A stretch of 23,461 nt of DNA from Azolla caroliniana (lineage: Eukaryota; Plantae; Polypodiophyta). The stretch covers positions 1 through 23,461 of the forward strand of contig JBHGNT010000478.1 of NCBI GenBank assembly GCA_043228905.1. The letters run 5' to 3'. Positions 1-11,585 of the stretch are shown piece by piece (positions within the stretch are counted from its first letter, which is position 1; every line of letters starts with the position of its first letter). The position numbers and the translations under genes are program-made. The notes beneath the pieces were generated by a model. It worked only from the letters and a program-made list of their open reading frames with translations. It did not search any database and was not told the origin of the DNA.

Positions 1-853
1 CCATAATGTAATGTAAGCTCATAAATCTTTGTCACCTGCTTTCTTTTGGTGGGTCTTTGCAAAGGCAGCAATCAATTGTCTTCTTTCTTATCTATTGGGT
101 TCTTCTATGTATCCCTTCCTGCAGTGGCCCATCTGTTTTCACTATGTATATGGACCCACCCCCCTCTATGGACACCCTGCCCATCTGAACTCATCGGGGC
201 GGGCTGCCCGGCTGCCTACATGACCATGCATTCTTTAGGACCCAAATGTGGTTTATTTCGTCCGGCCCGGGCTTCTCTTTTGGCCAGTCACCCTCTTGCC
301 AGCCACTTTACAACATATATTTCCGCATACATCGATCGACAATATGCCCATTTCCTTATCCTTCGCCCATTTGCACCCATGTATATGTAGAATGGTAGTT
401 TGTCACCTCACCCCCCCCATCCGGGCTTTTACCACCATTGTAGCTAGCGAGTGGCCTTATGTCACAAGCCATTCCTTTAACAACAACGAATCATTGTTTT
501 GTTTGGGTGTGTAGCTACGTACTCTTATGCCCCCAGTTGGAAAAGCCTCGACAAATCTGAACCCACATACGATAAGTGTGAGAAACCTCATTAAAAGAGG
601 TGGGGCCTCATTCCTAGTTAGTAATTAGTACACATGCTTCCAAGAGTAACATTTTATGATCAATATCCAACTCGTAGACCATGTTTGTGGTTGGACATGC
701 CACTCTTGTGCCCTTATTAGTTTGTCATCATTGTCATCCTACCTCAAACATTATTGGAGTTAACATTTTACCCATTTGGTGAGGCATCCATGATGCAACA
801 TCTAACAAAGACACCCCCCTTCGGACATGACAAGGATCATACATGAATATGTG

Positions 854-1304
854 TAGCAATGGGCACGGTTTCGGCTCAAACCGAACCGAATAATTAAGCC
901 ATGGTTTAACGGTTTATTGGTTCCAAAAAAAAATAGTGGTTTGGTTTGGTTTGGATTCTCAATAAACGGTTTGGTTTCGGTTCTAAAACTCAGGTTTATA
1001 GTTTTACAAGTTTGGTTTAAAGGTTTTTAGTTAATTTTTTACCTTAATAGTTTATTGATGTAATGGTTTAATTAATGGTTTTTTATTGATTTAATAAATT
1101 TAACTTAAATGCTTATTTAATTTAATGTATTTTTGTTTCTTTAGATGATTAACTAGTTTGACTTAAGTGGTTAGGTTTAAATTTTTTATTAAATGGTTCG
1201 GTTTGGTTTAAACTTTTTCTTAAATGGTTTGGTTTAAATACTGAGAGTTCATAAACGGTTTGGTTTGGTTTCTTTGCCTTGAAACCGAACCATGCCCATT
1301 GCTA
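854..1304. mobile_element. Non-autonomous hAT-like MITE (451 bp)
   Basis: TIRs TAGCAATGGGCAcggtttcgg / ccgaaccaTGCCCATTGCTA. Perfect 8-bp target-site duplication (TSD) AATATGTG at 846-853 and 1305-1312. Subterminal GGTTT/GGTTC repeats and a non-coding AT-rich interior. An 8-bp TSD with TAG..CTA ends is typical of hAT. Confidence 0.9.
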
Positions 1305-1339
1305 AATATGTGAGCCTTGTCTACAAACAAAGTAGAAGA

Positions 1340-2332
1340 TTTTAGTTGATCAATAAAGGTCCACTTATTATAAATTAACTTGGTTATATGAGAGAACATT
1401 CCAAGATGCAACCCTTCGTTTCGAGGACATTTAAAGAACAATAATTTTGTACCTTGTGATAATCACACCATGTTGCCAAGCATCTCTTAACAACACATTG
1501 AATTCATTAATTAACGTTCTACTAAAATATTCATGTATGCATCAATAGAGGTCGATTATTATAAATTAACCTACTTGGACACATAGATTGACATATTCGC
1601 ATTCGTGGGGCCTCCCCCAAGAATGCATATGAATAAGAATACGAATGTATGAAAAAGTATTCGCTAAAAAAAAGGTTCATAAACTCCCTCGTTTTTAGTC
1701 TCCCAATGGATATTTTTACTTGACAAAAAAAAAGGGGACTTGACACAAATCATATTTTTATAATAGTATGATTTACCTTCATGCTGTCGTGTACCTTTGT
1801 GCCACCTTTTTAGCACACATGTAACCAAACTAACCCAAATGGGTATCTATGTATCAATTATAAATTGAGTAAGAAGTAAGAAACAAGGCAAGCTAGTTTG
1901 GATTTTCTTTATGTGGATTTCATAACAGATGTGAAAGTGTTCGTTTTTTGTTCTTTTTTCATTGAATTAATAAATTTATTTTGCAAAACAAATGGTTTTA
2001 TAATATTCTTGGGCCATTTATTATGCTCGAATATTGCGAATATCACGCATGTGTCAATCTATGCTTATATGAGAGAACATTCAAAGATGCAACCCCTCAT
2101 TTAGATGACATTTAAAGAACAATAATTTTTTATCATGTCATGGCAACACCATGTTGCCGACCATCTCTTGAGAACTAATTAATTTCATTATATATGTCAT
2201 GATGACAATATAAAGTTCTAATCAAATATTTGAGTATGCATCAATAGAGGTCAATTATAATAATTAACTAACTTGGACATATGAGAGAACATTGCAAGAT
2301 GCAACTCCTCATTTAGATGACATTTTAAAGAA
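1340..2332 (+). repeat. Diverged ~200-215 bp repeat, three copies
   Basis: ATATGAGAGAACATT(C/G)(C/A)AAGATGCAAC...GACATTTAAAGAA recurs at ~1386, ~2066 and ~2280. Copies 1 and 2 continue through CACCATGTTGCC and GCATCAATAGAGGTC. Copy 3 is cut at 2332 by the Copia LTR. Confidence 0.8.
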
Positions 2333-2393
2333 TGTAAAGAACCGAGAGTGAGTATTTGCAACAGAAGAGATGTGTGTATGTGTGTGTGTGTGT

Positions 2394-2434
<41 letters not shown>

Positions 2435-2697
2435 AGTATACAGAAAACAAGTAAAGACTATATTATCAAAAGGAAGATTGCAAGGATGACCAACTGTTAC
2501 AAATAAGGTGGGAAGGTGCTTATATAGTCACATTCTCCTTATATTCTCTTTCTACAACCACCTCTTAACTAAAGGGAGGTGAAGACTTAACTACACTGAA
2601 TATGTGTCATAGAACTATAAGATTCTATGACACACTAGTTACTATTGTAGGTGGTGGGGTGTTCACACACTAGGGAAGTCGAGTTTGATTCTCAACA
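2333..2697 (-). mobile_element. Copia 3' LTR (365 bp)
   Basis: Minus strand starts TGTTGAGAATC directly after purine tract TTTGAAGGGGCG (2698-2709) and ends ...TCTTTACA where the flanking repeat resumes. Contains a TATATA box and a (TG)n(AG)n microsatellite. Confidence 0.75.
2371..2430. repeat. Compound (TG)n(AG)n microsatellite inside the LTR
   Basis: Directly visible. Confidence 0.95.
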
Positions 2698-3001
2698 CGC
2701 CCCTTCAAACGCAACTTCCGGATGCCGAAAAGTGGTTTGGTTTGGTTTGGTCTTCGATTTGGTCGAAACACCGCGTCATTTGAAATAGGTAATATGTCGC
2801 AATTTAAGAACAGTTCGTCCAAAAAAGGCACAAAGTAGGTCATTTCACAAAAAGGAACATCACATGTGTAAAGGGTTTTGGAAATTGAATCAAAATATAT
2901 TGATTTATACCATGTCCCAAAATTTAGGGCTTTCAAAAAATGCCCCTAATAATCGACACGTGAAATATCGCCATATTGATGTAACATACAATATTTACAT
3001 T

Positions 3002-5300
3002 TCATATGTGACATCTATCACTTCCCAGAGATATGCTTTCCCCTTCAGACCCACCCGATGAACTAGAAGAGCTTTGTGAGGTCTCATCGTCATCATCACT
3101 AGCAACCAATGCATTGTCTTCATTCAATTGCAAGCCAATGTCACCGTGATTATTAGACATACTCCTTGTTCGTCTCTGTGTTGCGTCAACAAGCACATCT
3201 GGGATCTTCTCTTTTATTATCTTGATTGTAGTCTAACTTAGATGGCCTGTTTTGGTCAAGGAGAAGTTATACACGAGTATGTCGACATTATCAAGTGCTA
3301 GACTAGACATGCTTGGTAGATTCTTTCTTCTTCGCTTTCTGCTTCTACCTTCAACATCCTTAACCATCTCTAAAGAGTACTTCCCAGTAAATGCATCTTT
3401 GGAGGAGGTATGATACCAATGAACCATAATAGACTTTACTTGATTGCCTTAATCATCCTTAATAATTTCAATGATTTTGGCAATCCAGAAGGGATGACCC
3501 AACTTATCACCCCCAACTAATGTTGCAACCAACATACCAACTTGTAGCTCATGTAGATTGCCTTGCCACCTCGCCTCTGTAGCATGTGATAATCTTGGTC
3601 CCACGTAAATATCTCTTTGTTGTGGATGAACTAGATTATTCAATTCAAGATTATCTAGTGGTTGTAAAGGAGTCGTGCTTGCTATTGATGGGCCACCAAG
3701 CGCCCATACGAATTGATTTTGTAGTGGCTAGTACCCTGTAAAGTGGTTATCTAATATTGTATGTTGATTAAAGACGATATCCCACCAATCCACATATTGA
3801 TCAACAACTTATTTTTTGGTTCACGCAATATTTTTCTGTTTTTCCTCAAGGCACCACATCCAATATATCTTTTGATCTTCAAGTGAACTACCAACAACCA
3901 ATCTTTTATGGTCGTCATAGGGCATTTGCTCGACACCATAGATTATTGCATCTGGGAAATGCAATAAGAGCCTACATCCGTCTTGTGGCTCCCATTGCGA
4001 ACTAGATGAGTATTGTTTGGCATACAACATGGTCTGGTTGTGATCAACCACACCTTTTTGGATGAGGAAGACGTGGTTAAAACTTATATATTAAGCAGAG
4101 CAAGAACCCTACATCCATTCCCATCACCACCCAAACAGAAGCGCTTGATATCATATACTTCATCTAAATGTTGCACATCTGGCTTGGGGGTATAAGTTTC
4201 AATAATCAACCTTGATAGCATAGGAAGTGTGAAAGCATTGCACCTCGCTAATTTCTTGGAGAACCTACTAAACATTTGATCTATGTGATCATGTGTATGA
4301 CCAACCAGCAAGAAGTTGACCTTAATCTTTTTGAAAATACCCTTGTCTACTAACATGCTCAGGTAACCAAACATAGTCGAGTTCTTGTTTTCTCTCGCCG
4401 TGTTGTCAAGTTGCACGTATAGTACTGGTGGGAGTAAACCTTGCCAATTCTGCAGAACTCTTTGCATGACTGTAACTATAAGATTAGGGTTGTTGTCGAT
4501 ATTTGGATAAGTTAAGAACACTTGAGGCCTTATTGTTTGAGAATACAAAAGACATCCTACTAAGTGCATCTGCACTAGGCATTCATCTCCAATATCCTTG
4601 GGCAATCTTCGAAAATGTGGCAAACAAGTTTTCTTTTGATCCATCCCATCTAACATGTATCTTTCTAGTGATTGAAGCACTTTTTGACGATGGTGTATAG
4701 CTTTAGATCTTTATAACACTTGGCTTTCTCGATGCTCTCTCAATAAAGGGTTATATTTTGTTATTCTTCATTTGTTGTCCCACTCTTTGCCAAGCTTTTT
4801 AAACTCGCGCAAATCGAACAAACACCCATCCGGACCTTGCAGGGTATGACCGCATTGTTAAACTTCGATCTCCATAAACGATTGAAATGCCTATATTGTA
4901 TATAAGCTACACTTTCCAATAACATGTCATCCTTATAGGCTTGGTATACCTCACAACGAGTGAAGTTATCTGACAAATGTAACCTTCCAGTGGTGGGCGT
5001 AACATCACATTGCTTCGAGAAATAAATCTTCATCCATTTAACATCATGTCGCCCAATCAAGCCCTTACAAGAAGATTCTCTATTGTTGAAAGGCACCCAC
5101 CACCCCTTCATTAATCGATGTTGAATTCTCTGTAGCCTCATGATCTCGATGCTATAAGCAAATTTAAAAGCAACTCGACAACTCTTCGTAGTAAGTGAAA
5201 GGTAGTATTCCACCTGCTGAGAACACAACACTGCCAGGTGGTCCTTAACAAGTTGCATATTGGCAATCAAGAATGTAGTGCATCAAGTTCTCGTTGAAAA
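3002..5300 (-). pseudogene. Sola1-like DDD transposase pseudogene (outer element)
   Basis: Collinear ORF fragments 4761-5270, 4084-4680, 3821-4051, 3449-3643, 3233-3427 and 3002-3196 align with the 838-aa ORF: PTTGRLHLSDN, CSIC, LDGMDQKKTCLPH, QLDNTARENKN, VGHTHDHIDQMFS, FWIAKI..VHWY. Many frameshifts and stops; N-terminus missing. Confidence 0.9.
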
Positions 5301-5494
5301 ATGGGATCTTTATGATCAATTGATTAGATTTGGTCAAATTTTTTGCTGTTTTTTGGTCTTCTTCTTCAAGTTTTTTATGTAAAATTCTATACAAAAACGT
5401 ATGATTTTGCTAAATTTTCCCTTATTTAAGAGGTCTATATTGTTTATTATTAACATTATTGTCATATCCTTGTGTCATGACTTGTTGTTTTCAG

Positions 5495-5666
5495 TGAGCC
5501 ACGACAAAAGGTGCCGACCTTCAAACTTAAAATTCCATCACCAACAAAAAGATCTTCTGACACCATGATTAAAGTTGATTCTCGCAAAGCATTTATCGAG
5601 TCATACGGGAGCACTGATGGTCACACAAGCAACAACCCCACCAAAGTCTGCCAAAACACGTTCGCG
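5495..5666 (+). pseudogene. Probable 5' exon fragment of the outer ParB-MTase gene, separated from its remainder by the inner element
   Basis: Acceptor TTTTCAG ends at 5494 in phase 2, like intron 1 of the inner gene. EPRQKVPTFKLKIPSP weakly resembles DRPVKKIKLRIQGSP of inner exon 2. Same strand as 15414-18022. Confidence 0.45.
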
Positions 5667-6040
5667 TTCACAAGTGGAAGGATTGCGCATTCCACTTGTA
5701 GAATCTTCTTAAAACGAAGCAAATACACCCTCTCTACAAAAATTGGATGCACTAGTATCACATGTTCCTCAACTTGATGAGAATTTGCAAATATAAAAAT
5801 ACATGATAGATCTATGAGTGGAGATCATTAGAAATCATGCAAGTTTAGACATGTTGATAAGTTAATGTAGGCATAATAAAGTTCAACTATGGCTCAATAT
5901 GTCACTACTGTGCGACAAGGGAAACACTAACTTAAAGACTTATATTAATTAGGTAAGTTTTACAAAAATATCAGGTGTACTTGTATCCATACTAATAAAA
6001 TGAGATATAATTTATACTTTGACCCATACGTGCATGTATG

Positions 6041-6310
6041 TAATTGTGGAAAATGTAGGATAGTGCACATTAGGATAAGTGATTGGAATAACTAACTTAT
6101 TAAAGTATTCAATACTTGTATTTAAAGTTGATCTAATCTATTTCTCAGTTTGTTCATATGGGATCAAACCATATGTTTATAATTGTGGACAATGTAAGGC
6201 AGTGAACTTTAGGATAATGTCGTGGAAATAACAAACCTATTAGGCTTTCATACCTGTATTTAAAATTGATCTACTCTATTGCTTAGGTGATTCACACAAG
6301 ATCAAACTCC
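6041..6310 (+). repeat. Diverged tandem duplication, period ~139 bp
   Basis: TAATTGTGGA.AATGTA..TAGGATAA..TGTATTTAAA.TTGATCTA..GATCAAAC at 6041 and 6180. Confidence 0.8.
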
Positions 6311-7791
6311 GAACGATAACGCAACTGGAACCATTATCAACACACTACACAATCTAAGCAGCAATGGAATAGAAACATAATAGTTTTAACAATAGAAGAC
6401 AAAGATCCATAATAACAACATGGACAGTCATGGCAACAATTATAGGGCCATGTTCTGTTAAGGTTAGCTTGGACCAAAATCAGCCTCCATTTAAACTAGT
6501 TCATGTTTCTCCATAAGTTTGGTAGTTAGCTATGCACGCGGTGAAACCAATGTCATAAATCTACTAATCAAGTATATAAAAATAAAATTGAAACATATAG
6601 AAGATTATAAAGAATAGAATCCACTAGGTAAAACCCAAAATTTGTATTAATAATGTGAAATCTTAACAAATCGTCAGTGTCATATTCTTCATAGAGTCTA
6701 TTACATAACAATCAATTCATCAACGCCATTTTCTTCATCATCTTGTGTAGAACTGTCTTCGTCTATACGTGCATTGGTTTCCCCTGTTAACCGAGCCAAC
6801 GAAATATCTTCTATAAGCTCATCATCAAGCTCTATTAGCTCCCCCGGTTCGCCAGCTAACGGAGGAATAGGCTCTCGCGAAGCAGGTTGAAACCTTTCTG
6901 TATTGGCGAGGTTCTTTGCACCGACCTCCTCATCCTAGTCTGGGCACTCCCACAAAGCCTTAATCCGCATATTAATAAATATAACTTGGTCCTCATCCTT
7001 CTCCAATGCAATTGTATTTCTAAACAACTTCAATGCACATGCTGACGTAGTTCCTGTGATGTAAGTAACAAGAAGATTTAGTTGTCAAACGAAAAAAAAG
7101 GGATTGGTTATCTCAAGATCGTTACCCTAGTTCGAGGAATACCTGTGCCAGAAAAGAGATCTAATATCCAGTCTCCTTCGACAGAAAACATCTCGATCAA
7201 GCGCATCATAAGTCGTTGAGGTTTTTGGTATGGGTTGACAAGTCCCCGTTCTATCGTGGTGACATGTCGCAATTTCCGTGTCACTGCTGGATATACCAAC
7301 AGATTTGAACCTCCCACTTCATTAGAATGCTCTTTGATTCTCTGTTTCTTAATTTCATCGAAGTAGCCAACCGTTATGTATTCAATGGCATTAACGAACC
7401 GAAAAGTTGGCCCTCTATTTACATTGGTCTTGATCCTATAAAAAATAATTCATCGAGTTAAGAATAGATTCAACAACCTTAAGAAATGCAATATAGTGAA
7501 AGACACCTATAAATAATCCTTACCATGCAAGGTTCTCGATGCCATGGCAACGAGATCTCAAAGCTTGAGCTACCGAGTACCCTTGGTCCATACTATAAAA
7601 GACAACTATTCGCCACAAGGATGCGGTCGTTAGCTCAGCGAAATCCTTGACCATCTTCTCCAATTGTTTAAACCTAAACGGTTCATCGTCGTATGATGAC
7701 CCAGCCATTCGAAATCCGTAAGGAATATCCGCAATCATTACTGTATATTCCTTCTTTGGCACCTTCTGGATCAAGTCGATGACATCACCGC

Positions 7792-8519
7792 TGTCGTAGT
7801 GTATTTTGTACACTACGTGAAAAACGTATATAGTATTAGATTCAATAAAAAATGAAGAAATAGAAGAAAATAGCAAAATAAATGGAACATGCATAGGGCA
7901 AGATTCGAACCTTGCACCTCCATGTTAATAATGTAATGTCTTACCATTACACTAGCATTTCATTAGTGTTAAAGCTTAGATGTCCCACATAGAAAGGTAA
8001 ATTCACGCTAGGATAAACATTAGAAAAACGCATAACAAAAGAAAAAGCTACACATACACATCTAGCGTGCATGATAAAAAACGCACAAGTTAGAAAAAAG
8101 CATGATCACTTTAGATAAAGCATATAGTCTATCTATAGGAAAAGCATGGGGTCTATAGTTAGAGAAAAAGCATGGATTACTAAGACTTCCTCATCACTAC
8201 ATAAGGATGGGGAGCACAATGTAATTGTGTGTGAAAAATATTTGGAAACTAGATATGTTTCTAAAAAACACCAATTAATAAACTATACTCGTGGGATTCA
8301 CGAGGATTCTATATCATTCTCTTTCAAACCAAATTTATATTCTTATATTCATATTGATTAATCAAATACAATACACTCGTGGGATTCACGAGTTTGCTAT
8401 AACTCTTTCTTACAACATATTTATATTCTTATTAGCCTTAAAACTCTCCTCTTCCTAGTCCAAAACCCCAGCGGTTCCCACCCGACTCACGCAACGATCT
8501 GGCGCCGAAAGGCACGACA
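7792..8519 (+). mobile_element. Solo LTR (728 bp) inserted in an MTase exon
   Basis: TGTCGT...ACGACA termini with 4-bp TSD CCGC (7788-7791, 8520-8523). Excision restores DLYYNVVCGDVIDL. Homologous to 22714-23423. Two CTCGTGGGATTCACGAG hairpins. Orientation inferred. Confidence 0.85.
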
Positions 8520-11075
8520 CCGCAAACCACATTGTAGTAAAGATCTCTCGTAATATCTTTTTTGTGGCTAAATTTTTTAAAGGAGCCATCTTCCTCCATT
8601 TCGTACGCCTTGACTAAGCGACGATCCTTTTCTTTTCTGGCTCGCTCGAGATGTGCAAGGAAGGATGTAGGGAAATCGTGTATATCCTTAACTTCTCCTT
8701 GTTTCTTGCCTCGACACGGTTTCTAATAGAAGCAATAGGACATCAGGTATTATTATACAAGCTCTACATATGATGAAAGGGTAATGAAAAAACATGAATA
8801 CTAACCCAATCCTTGAATGCAATAAAATACTCTGATAACGCCTTATACGAAGACGTTAGAGGATAATCCTCGGTCACTTGTTCCCAAGTTATACATCCAA
8901 GTTGTTTCATCATAACTTCTTGGATCTTCATGTACACCTTATGACTGTAAAATTAGAAATCAAGATTAGAACTTTGAATTACACCAGATAGACTACAATT
9001 TCAGTATTTGAAAGACTTACTTATTGAACTCAGTGACCATTTCTTCAAGGCTTAAATCTTTCGCCACAACCCTTGACAAAACCGACACAAGAAGCTGCTC
9101 GTCCTTAATACCTTGCATCGCTCTCCATAGAGACAGCTTCATGTCATCTGCCGCTTCTTCAATTGTCAAGTCAATTTTCTTGGCGGCTTGTGACTTTAAC
9201 TCTAGTTGAGGGTCAACCCTACATTTCTTTTGTCGTTGACCCTTTACCTCCTTATTCTCCCACATTGAGAAGATTTGATCTTGTAGGTCCCATACTTCTC
9301 CATCTCTAAACGCCAATTGAAACCAAGACTCATACTTTCGAAGACCATCGGACCTAACATTATCATCTACCACAATGCCGACTTCATGCAGACATTGACG
9401 TCGAAGGCCTGGATGTAACTTCACACCAAACTTTTGTTTCACGTCTAAATACTCGTGGTGGAAGAACCGTATACGCTCAATGGACGACATTTTCTGCCTA
9501 TAGTCATTATCATTATTATGGTCCCATGCCAACAGCTTAGCCTCTTCGGTTGTGAGCCCAACATAAATTTTGCACTCGGCATACTTGAAGAAGAAAGTGG
9601 TTGGATGTTCTCTCACAAGTTGCCGACGTGCCTCTGCTGAATGCGATCCACCAATGACTATTATCAAAATCTTCAATGGTTTCACATTCTTCAGGATCTA
9701 CCATTACAATAAAAGGCACCACAGTGGCATGAGGATTAATTTTCATTTTTTTCTTGAGATTTTGAACATGCATGCGGTGTGGCTCTCTAATCTCAAGTGG
9801 TCTTCGACCTGTTTTTTCATCAATAGGGGGCCGATGGATGTGTGTTATAGGCAAATTAAACACTTGCCCTTTCTTGACCAGTTTCCGTTGCATTAACTCT
9901 CTCCTTATCTTATTCTGTTCGGATGACAAAACACCCGAGGCTAGATCAGCTCCTGGCGTCCCCTTATTATCCTCCTCTTCGTTTTCACTTGTTGAATCCG
10001 TATCCGACATTTTGGTTGTCTTCTTCTTTGGTGGTCTTGACTGGACTTTGGTTACCCTTTTTGTGGCCTTCAATGGGGAGGGCACTTCATCTCTTAGAGT
10101 TACATGGCCTTGTATATAAGGCTTGAAGGTAACAATAAGGTTTTGTGAGCTATCAAGTGCTTTTTTGAACGCTTCTGGCCCACAAGATTCCTTTACTAAA
10201 AGGTCTTCTGAAAGGAACACTTTACGTACCCCCTTGGAGCACTCTATCATTACCAGTATGTTGGCCGAATCTGCATCTTCGTAGTCAAATCGTAGAATAC
10301 GGCCATACATAAATGGGGTTTCCTTTCCAAGCTGCCCCTCACCCTTCTTCTTTGTTGTATACAATACGACTTTTTTCTTTGAGTCGACATATTGCATACA
10401 CCATTCCTTGTCCGTTAAATCTTGGTCAGGAAGGTCTTCACCTCCAGTAGCGGCGACAAGTTTCTTTTGGCTAACATCACTATGTGGCTGAGATTTTGTC
10501 TCTTCGTTAAAGAGAAGCTTTTTTCCTCTCTTCATGGTCTCAGGAGCTACCTTGGTCTGGGCTTCGATTGGAGAACCTTGTATGCGAAGCTTTATTTTCT
10601 TCACGGGTCGGTCCGACAGGTTCTCAAACGACCTATTTAAGAAAGTATATGCAAAAACATAAGTTAGGTAGTCACGTAGATTAAGGTTGTATATTAACAT
10701 GAAGAACAGTTCCCAATAGCAGTCCTATATTCAAAAATCTATTATAGGCAGGGCTATTCAACCTAGAAAATATATATCGTAATAAGTAAACAGGGTTATA
10801 TATTCTTTTAAATAGTAGGTATGACTTATATAGATTCCAAATCTATATTGAGGAGAATTTGCTATCGTAAAGGAAATTTGTGGATCCTTTTCTACTATTT
10901 TAAGCTAAAGTAGGTCATAAAACACCTCTAATTAGAGCATGTTTTTTTTTAAAAGTAAGGAAAGTCAACATAAAAAAGACTGATTTTGCCAGACAATTTG
11001 ATATCTTTTCCACCCCATAATTATTTGTTACCCCAAAAACACAAATTTTCTCTCTCAAAGCCTTCTTTTATACAG

Positions 11076-11355
11076 GAACTCGATACGCCGTATCGAGTTC
11101 GTGTTTAAAGTTTAGGTTTTAAACACGAACTTGATACGCCGTATCGAGTTCGTGTTTAAAGTTTGGATTTTAAATAGGAACTCGATACGCCGTATCGAGT
11201 TCCTGTTTAAAGTGTAGGTTTTAAACAGGAACTCGATACGCCGTATCGCGTTCCTGTATAAAAAGCAAAAACAAATTATGAACTCGATACGCCGTATCGA
11301 GTTCATGTATAAAGTTTTTATTGTATACATGAACTCGATACGGCGTATCGAGTTC
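11076..11355. repeat. Array of six 25-bp palindromes at a 51-bp period, in intron 1 of the ParB-MTase gene
   Basis: GAACTCGATACG(C/G)CGTATCGAGTTC starts at 11076, 11127, 11178, 11229, 11280 and 11331. Copies 2 and 4 have one arm mismatch. Spacers are 26 bp and AT-rich. Confidence 0.97.
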
Positions 11356-11440
11356 TTGAGAAACAAAACATATTTACAAAAATGTCCACATTGTCAGAGG
11401 CCTACCTGGAGTTCTCGCGCTCGATTCTCTTTGAAGACAT

Positions 11441-11585
11441 GGTTGATCGTGTGGAAGTGGAGGCGGAGATCGCGCTTTCGTGCTTTGTGCTTTGTGTGCT
11501 TTGTGTGCTTTGTGTGCTCTCTACGTTCTGTGTGCTCTGTACGCTCTGGTGAGTGAAATATGACGAGGTCTTCCTATTTATAGGG
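11441..11585 (-). promoter_or_regulatory. Putative Pol II core promoter and 5' UTR of the ParB-MTase gene
   Basis: TATAAATA at 11582-11575 (minus), pyrimidine-rich TCACTCA initiator-like site ~25 bp downstream, GCACACAAA repeats, then ATG at 11440. Confidence 0.6.

Larger units (their letters stand above)
6701..11440 (-). pseudogene. Spliced ParB-like domain plus N6A/N4C DNA methyltransferase (beta class), inner element, disrupted
   Basis: Inferred exons 11440-11406, 10632-9021, 8944-8806, 8722-7524 (split by a solo LTR), 7435-7143 and 7053-6701; all introns GT-AG and phase compatible. ParB-like core VVPFIVMV..VIGGSHSAEA..AKLLAWDHN. MTase motifs CGDVIDLIQKVPKKEYTVMIADIPYG (motif IV) before NPYQKP..LIEMFSVEGDWILDLFSGTGTT..LFRNTIALEKD (motif I). 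Lesions: frameshifts near 9660 and 8580, LTR insertion, TAG at 6935-6937. Confidence 0.88.

Noticed and set aside
1-600. Short overlapping ORFs (29-223, 46-390, 248-514)
   Set aside because: No recognisable motifs; possibly decayed coding or TE sequence, but unassignable by eye.
7789-7822. Helitron 3' hairpin
   Set aside because: The segment has TG..CA termini and a 4-bp TSD, with no CTRR end; a solo LTR fits better.
7890-7960. Functional tRNA gene
   Set aside because: No convincing acceptor or anticodon stem; only the A/B boxes and a T-arm-like stem are present.
11076-11355. CRISPR array (25-bp palindromic repeats, 26-bp spacers)
   Set aside because: Spacers resemble each other and are partly palindromic, no cas genes are present, and the array lies in a spliceosomal intron. 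Treated as a structured tandem array.
6701-11440. Bacterial contamination or restriction-modification operon
   Set aside because: Conserved GT-AG introns, a TATA promoter, an LTR insertion and flanking plant-type retroelements show it is eukaryotic. No endonuclease gene is visible.
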